64,000 bases of DNA from Candidatus Omnitrophota bacterium. Lineage in GTDB: Bacteria; Omnitrophota; Gorgyraeia; Gygaellales; UBA12090. Below, one piece after another: positions 59,425 to 64,000 of this stretch; position 1 is the first letter of the stretch, and each line of letters starts with the position of its first letter. The stretch covers positions 2,357-66,356 of the forward strand of contig JAUSCZ010000029.1 of the NCBI GenBank assembly GCA_030674475.1, given 5' to 3'. The notes beneath the pieces are model-generated. The model was not told the DNA's origin. It was given only the letters and a program-made list of their open reading frames with translations, and did not search any database. Position numbers and translations under genes: made by a program.

Positions 59425-60705
59425 ATGCGTTATTTCGTATCCTTTTTAATATTTTTTCTATTATTCGCGCCTAATATCTTTGCTCAACAAAGCCAAGAGG
59501 CAATAGAAACTCAATTGAGAGAATTAAAATCAGTGGTGGAGAATTTACAAAAAACTACTCAAGAGCAGAATAAACGCATTGAAGAATTGGAAAAACAAAA
59601 TGGCCAGCTTAGGCAGAAATTAGAATCTCCTCAAGCGCAATTAGTCCCGCCGCCTGCCGCTACAATACCTCAATCCCCAATTGCAGCCGGGCTTCAGGCA
59701 TTTAATCCTGAGATTGGAGTAGTAGGGGATATTGTGGCCACTTCCTCCGAAAGCCGGGGAGATTCAGAGGGAAATGACCGGATTGCCTTACGGGAATTAG
59801 AATTAGTTTTAGGGCATTACGTTGACCCTTATTCCCGTTTTGATGCCACTATTTCCTTTTCTGACAGCGAAAACCCAAACGTAGAAGAAGCGCATCTTAG
59901 CCACTGGGGGCTTCCCTGGGACATAAAAGGAAGTTTAGGCCGTTTCAGGCCAAAGATTGGTAAGGCCTGCGCTATTCACCGCGATTCGTTGGATACGGTG
60001 GATGAGCCGTTTGTGGTAGCAAGATATTTTGGCGCGGAGGGATTTTCCCGGACCGGTTTTGAGCTTCACCGTTTATTTGAGGCGCCCTTTGGGCTGGATT
60101 CGGAGCTTACCTTTGGTTTGCTTGAGGGCGGCGTTGGAGAAGGAGGGACTGCTTTTGGCTCAAGCCGAAGGCATCCCACAGTTTTTAGCCATCTAAAGCT
60201 ATACAAAGATATTACTGACGTATCAAGCTTTGAATTAGGCCTGACTCACCTTGCCGGCTCAAAAGATAATGACCCTAAAATGGAGGCGAATGTTTTGGGG
60301 TTTGACGCTGTTTACCTGCGTAATTTCTCGGCCTGGAATAGGTTGAAGCTGCAAAGTGAACTCTATTTCCAGGACAGAGACGAATCTTTTAGCGCGCAAG
60401 ATGACGGAACGATCACTAAATTCAGGGACAATCCATTTGGATTTTATACCCTTGCAGATTTAAGGCTCAATCAGCGCTGGGCATCTGGGTTAAGATTTGA
60501 TTATGTGGAGCTGGTAGACAATCCTTTAGTCAATAAGCGGGAGATGGATTTGGGATACAGCGCCTATTTAACCCTGCATCAATCTGAATGGGCAAGGTGG
60601 AGGCTGCAATACCGCCATACCGATTACGCTACCGGCAAGAACGACGACGCCGTAATGTTTCAGGGAACGTTTGCCATCGGAGTCCACAAACATAAATTAC
60701 AATAA
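59425..60705 (+). CDS. Hypothetical secreted or outer-membrane protein (426 aa) with an N-terminal coiled coil and a beta-rich C-terminal region.
   Basis: Signal peptide MRYFVSFLIFFLLFAPNIFAQQ, a heptad region, and a good RBS. It lies between the Pho and metal-transport operons. Confidence 0.5.
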   Translation: MRYFVSFLIFFLLFAPNIFAQQSQEAIETQLRELKSVVENLQKTTQEQNKRIEELEKQNGQLRQKLESPQAQLVPPPAATIPQSPIAAGLQAFNPEIGVVGDIVATSSESRGDSEGNDRIALRELELVLGHYVDPYSRFDATISFSDSENPNVEEAHLSHWGLPWDIKGSLGRFRPKIGKACAIHRDSLDTVDEPFVVARYFGAEGFSRTGFELHRLFEAPFGLDSELTFGLLEGGVGEGGTAFGSSRRHPTVFSHLKLYKDITDVSSFELGLTHLAGSKDNDPKMEANVLGFDAVYLRNFSAWNRLKLQSELYFQDRDESFSAQDDGTITKFRDNPFGFYTLADLRLNQRWASGLRFDYVELVDNPLVNKREMDLGYSAYLTLHQSEWARWRLQYRHTDYATGKNDDAVMFQGTFAIGVHKHKLQ

Positions 60706-60718
60706 GGAGGGCTTCTCT

Positions 60719-61633
60719 ATGTTACGAAAACTATTTTTCTTGAGTTTAGTATGCCTGTTTTGTCTTTCAACGAATGCTTTCGCGAGGGATAAATTAAAGG
60801 TAGTAACCACCCTTTCCACCTTCGCGGATTTAGTCCGACAAATCGCGGGAGACTACGCAGAGGTGCGCCCTATTTCACCGGGAATCTTTAATCCTCATTT
60901 TTATGAGCCCAAGCCGTCGGATATCCTAAAGACGCGAAAGGCGGATTTGTTTGTCCATGCCGGCCTGGACTTGGAGTTATGGAGATTTCCTTTGGTAGAC
61001 GCGGCAGGTAACCCGGACATTTTTCCCGGCGCTAAAAATGAACTGGATTTGTCAAAAGGGATATCCCTTCTTGAGGCGCCGCAAAAACAACCTACGCGTT
61101 TAGAAGGGGATATTCATATCTACGGTAATCCTCATTACTGGGTTGATCCCAGAAACGGGAAAATTATGGCGGAAAACATTGCCGTGAAGCTTAAGGAGCT
61201 TGCTCCCGAACACTCGGATTATTTTGACAAAAATTTAAATGAATTCCTGAACAAGCTGGATGAAAAGATAACTTACTGGGAGGCCGAACTAAAGGTGGTG
61301 AAAGGCAAAGAGGTTGTCGCCTACCATAATGAATGGATATATTTTACCGAATTTGCGGGGATAAAACTGATCCGCTATTTGGAACCAAAACCGGGCATTC
61401 CTCCCACGCCAAAACATCTTGCCTTTATGGAAGAATATATAAAGAAGAATAATATCCGGGGGATAATTCAGCCGACGTATTTTCCTAAAGACTATTCCGA
61501 GGCCTTGGCAGGGAAGGTTGGCGTTAAAGTAGTCATTCTCGCGCAGAATGTGGGGGAGATCCCTGAGGCAAATGATTATTTTTCGTTTTTTGATTTTAAT
61601 GTGGAAAAGCTAAAAGAGGCATTCACAGAATAG
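60719..61633 (+). CDS. Metal (Zn/Mn) ABC transporter substrate-binding protein, ZnuA/TroA family. The start is placed at the ATG with an AAGGAGG RBS; the ORF track has 60671.
   Basis: Signal peptide; TroA-like cluster A-I fold features (...HAGLDLELW..., ...HYWVDP..., ...YHNEWIYF...). Confidence 0.75.
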   Translation: MLRKLFFLSLVCLFCLSTNAFARDKLKVVTTLSTFADLVRQIAGDYAEVRPISPGIFNPHFYEPKPSDILKTRKADLFVHAGLDLELWRFPLVDAAGNPDIFPGAKNELDLSKGISLLEAPQKQPTRLEGDIHIYGNPHYWVDPRNGKIMAENIAVKLKELAPEHSDYFDKNLNEFLNKLDEKITYWEAELKVVKGKEVVAYHNEWIYFTEFAGIKLIRYLEPKPGIPPTPKHLAFMEEYIKKNNIRGIIQPTYFPKDYSEALAGKVGVKVVILAQNVGEIPEANDYFSFFDFNVEKLKEAFTE

Positions 61634-61640
61634 ATGGGTA

Positions 61641-62402
61641 ATGAAAAAAGAAGACCTGATTAAATTCAAGGATTTATCCGTCGGCCATACGAAGAATAAT
61701 CCTGTTATGTCCGGGCTCAATGTGTCAGTGCCTGCGCACGGCTTCTTTGGGATTATCGGGCCGAATGGCTGCGGAAAGACCACGCTCTTACGGACTATCC
61801 TGGGAATTATCCGGCCTTTATCCGGCCGGATAATTTATTATTCGGACAGAAGAAACCTGCATTTTGGTTATGTTCCCCAGAAAGACACAATAGATCCGCT
61901 TTTCCCTTTAACTGTCACAGAGATCGTGATGATGGGCAGGTATAAAAGGATAGGTTTATTTAGAAAACCTAAAAAAGAAGACTATAGGATCGTTCAGGAT
62001 TCGCTTTCCCATTGCGGGATAAAAAGGTTAGGGGATAGGCTGTATCGTGAGCTTTCCGGGGGGCAAAAGCAAAGGGCCTTGATTGCCAGGGCCTTGGCAA
62101 GCCAGCCGGATGTGTTAATCCTTGATGAGCCAACGCATAATATGGATTTACCAAGCGAACAGGCAGTTTTAAACTTACTAAGGGATTTTCATCAAAAAGA
62201 AATGATGACTATTATCCTTGTAAGCCATCTTATCGGGGCAGTGGTTAACTTTGTGAAAAGTATATTGTTGATTGAGGACGGCAGGTTTTTAAGCGGCGAT
62301 ACAAACACGGTAGTAACCGAAGAAAACCTAACCAGGCTCTATGGGCTTAAGGTGAAGATACAAGAATTCCAGGATCAGAAATTCATTGTGGTGGGAGAGT
62401 AA
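61641..62402 (+). CDS. Metal ABC transporter ATP-binding protein (ZnuC-like).
   Basis: Walker A GPNGCGKTT, signature LSGGQKQRA, Walker B ILDEPT. Confidence 0.8.
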   Translation: MKKEDLIKFKDLSVGHTKNNPVMSGLNVSVPAHGFFGIIGPNGCGKTTLLRTILGIIRPLSGRIIYYSDRRNLHFGYVPQKDTIDPLFPLTVTEIVMMGRYKRIGLFRKPKKEDYRIVQDSLSHCGIKRLGDRLYRELSGGQKQRALIARALASQPDVLILDEPTHNMDLPSEQAVLNLLRDFHQKEMMTIILVSHLIGAVVNFVKSILLIEDGRFLSGDTNTVVTEENLTRLYGLKVKIQEFQDQKFIVVGE

Positions 62403-62406
62403 ACCC

Positions 62407-63213
62407 ATGGATTTTTTAGAAATTGTAAAGGCCTCATTTTTACGCAATGCCTTGATGGCTTTACTGATTACTTCAAGTTTTTTGTCTTATCTTGGCGTAT
62501 ATGTGGTCTTAAAAAGGATTGTCTTTGCAGGGATTGCTATTTCCCAGATTGCCTCGCTGGGTTATGTTTTAGGTATGCTGTTAAAGCTGAATCCGCAAAT
62601 CTGTTCTTTGGGTACGAGCCTTATAGGCGCTGTATTATTTTCGTTCCATACCCGGGAGAAACGGTTTTCCCGTGAGTCTATGGTAGGGTTAGGCTACGCC
62701 CTTTCCTCTAGCCTGGGGATACTTTTTGTGGCAAAATCCGCGACGGCGGAGGCAGGCATGCTTAACCTTTTATTCGGCAATGTGCTTATGATTTCTTCAG
62801 GCAAAGTGTGTCTTGTCGCCGCGATAAGCCTCTTAATCTTTATTTTCTATTCTCTGTTTAACAAAGAAATAGCTTTTATCGCTTTTGACGAGGAGACCGC
62901 GCGGGCGCAGGGATTAAACGCGAGGTTATTTGAATTATTGTTCTACCTTTTACTTGCTGTCGGAATAAGCGCGGCCATTTCAATAATCGGGGCACTGCTT
63001 AGCTTTTCTTTTTTAACCGTTCCCGCCTTGTGCGGGCTTTGCGCGGCGAAAAGATTTTCAGGGGTGTTTAAGGCCGCCCTGCTCTGCGGTATTATCTCTT
63101 CATTACTTGGGCTTTATCTGTCTTATTACTGCGACCTTCCCACAGGCCCCGCCGTAGTTACCGCGAATATCGCGTTATTCGCGGTAATATTCTTCTTAAA
63201 AAGCCTAAGATAA
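62407..63213 (+). CDS. Metal ABC transporter permease (ZnuB-like).
   Basis: An eight-transmembrane ABC-3 family permease pattern. It follows the ATPase with a 4-nt gap. Confidence 0.75.
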   Translation: MDFLEIVKASFLRNALMALLITSSFLSYLGVYVVLKRIVFAGIAISQIASLGYVLGMLLKLNPQICSLGTSLIGAVLFSFHTREKRFSRESMVGLGYALSSSLGILFVAKSATAEAGMLNLLFGNVLMISSGKVCLVAAISLLIFIFYSLFNKEIAFIAFDEETARAQGLNARLFELLFYLLLAVGISAAISIIGALLSFSFLTVPALCGLCAAKRFSGVFKAALLCGIISSLLGLYLSYYCDLPTGPAVVTANIALFAVIFFLKSLR

Positions 63214-63323
63214 TTTTTTACACAGGCAGGCTATAAGGCAAGAGTTCTTTTCTGTTTACAGGCGGCGGATAAGATTATATAATATGGCTTCAAATATTAA
63301 ATCTTTAAAAGGAGGAATAAAAA

Positions 63324-64000
63324 ATGTGTTATGGAAAGAAAATATCAATGTTTTTATTAATTTTTTTTCTGGCTGCGGGTATAAGCCAGGCTGAGGATTT
63401 AAAAGGATCTATTCAAATCAAGGGTTCGGATACAATGGTTAACCTGGGCCAGGCCTGGGCTGAAGAATTTAGCAAGAAAAATCCAGGGGTAAACGCGGCG
63501 GTTACCGGCGGCGGATCGGGGACCGGGATATCCGCGATGATATCTGGCACCGCGGATATTGCCATTTCTTCCCGGACGATGAAGGAAAAAGAAATCAATA
63601 AGGCCAAACAGAACGGGATTGAGCCCTTTGAGATCAAGGCGGCCTTAGACGGGCTGGCGGTGGTGGCGCATCCTTCTAATCCGGTTTCCCGGTTGACCAT
63701 TGACCAGCTCTCGGATATCTTTACCGGCAAAATTAAGAACTGGAAGGAAGTCGGGGGCAATAACCTGCAGATAGTCATTCTCTCCAGGGAAATAAATTCC
63801 GGCACCCATGTCTATTTTAAAGAGCATGTCTTACGCAAAGGCGGTGAAAAGTCGGTTGAGGAATTCTCTCCGGCGGCTTTATTGATGTCTTCCAGCCAGG
63901 CCATTGCCGAAGAGGTCTCCCAGAATCCCAACGCCATCGGTTATTACGGGATGGGGTATATCAGCCAAAAGCAGAAAGTAATATTCGTGGCTAAAGACGC
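63324..64000 (+). CDS. Second PstS-family phosphate-binding protein; 3' end beyond the window (partial).
   Basis: My own translation from ATG 63324 is open to the window end: MCYGKKISMFLLIFFLAAGISQA (signal peptide) ...IKGSDTMVNLGQAWAEEF...TGGGSGTGISAMISGTADIAISSRTMK...GLAVVAHPSNP. The RBS is AAGGAGG. Confidence 0.7.
   Translation, partial: MCYGKKISMFLLIFFLAAGISQAEDLKGSIQIKGSDTMVNLGQAWAEEFSKKNPGVNAAVTGGGSGTGISAMISGTADIAISSRTMKEKEINKAKQNGIEPFEIKAALDGLAVVAHPSNPVSRLTIDQLSDIFTGKIKNWKEVGGNNLQIVILSREINSGTHVYFKEHVLRKGGEKSVEEFSPAALLMSSSQAIAEEVSQNPNAIGYYGMGYISQKQKVIFVAKD

Noticed and set aside
63413-63827. Minus-strand ORFs 63413-63805 and 63645-63827.
   Set aside because: They are antisense to the clearly PstS-like plus-strand coding sequence that starts at 63324.

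Overview
This is a low-GC window (roughly 40-45% GC by eye) from a Gram-negative-type bacterium, judged from the outer-membrane proteins, porin, lipoprotein signal peptide and PstSCAB/PhoU system. Two very different parts are present.

**Part A, 1 to 22244.** A single stop-free reading frame of more than 22.2 kb (at least 7383 aa). It is still open at the window start, so the gene is truncated at its 5' end by the window.
- It contains recognisable, essentially complete domains of unrelated proteins: a membrane-anchored trypsin-like serine protease (GDSGAP), a CheY-like receiver, a sigma-70 region-4-like HTH, a full-length PanB, the N-terminal ATP-grasp and phosphohistidine domains of a PEP-utilising enzyme (PPDK/PEP-synthase-like), a complete divergent SecA-like motor, and a P-loop kinase-like motif. 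Long helical regions of unknown function separate these.
- The domains are joined by a family of GC-rich repeats of 15-106 bp with core GGCAGCCCGCTGGGG. The core occurs at least 16 times, always in the same orientation and frame, and always encodes (S/G)SPL(G/D/E).
- The same frame runs antisense through a bona fide PIN-toxin/antitoxin pair encoded on the minus strand at 15971-16616.
- I cannot tell from sequence alone whether this is a genuine giant polyprotein gene, a stop-less fusion generated by in-frame insertion of a mobile GC-rich repeat, or an assembly or construct chimera. It is the most unusual object in the window.

**Part B, 22.3 to 64 kb.** Ordinary accessory and housekeeping genes.
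- Two PilZ-domain proteins.
- A sugar ABC transporter (substrate-binding protein plus two permeases) followed by a carbohydrate-active-enzyme locus: two paralogous GH-A clan glycoside hydrolases, a protein with tandem carbohydrate-binding-module-like domains, a TPR protein and a large outer-membrane beta-barrel protein. Three of these genes carry 7-nt tandem repeats just downstream of their start codons, a possible phase-variation signature.
- ROK-family and LacI-family regulators, and a MetE-like protein.
- A class II ribonucleotide reductase (NrdJ) interrupted at the NPC|GEQ active-site loop by a 411-aa LAGLIDADG intein.
- An archaeal-type cofactor-independent phosphoglycerate mutase (ApgM).
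- A REP-associated tyrosine transposase (RAYT) flanked by GGGACACATCCCA palindromes. It is inserted into, and truncates, an IS256-family transposase gene.
- MnmG.
- A complete Pho cluster: OmpR-type response regulator, PAS histidine kinase, small ORF, porin, pstSCAB, phoU.
- A ZnuABC/TroA-like metal transporter, and a second pstS-like gene that runs off the window end.

All three stop codons terminate genes in part B, so the standard genetic code applies. No rRNA, tRNA or CRISPR array was seen. ORF-track start sites include TTG and GTG codons; where an ATG with a ribosome-binding site (RBS) was evident I adjusted the start.
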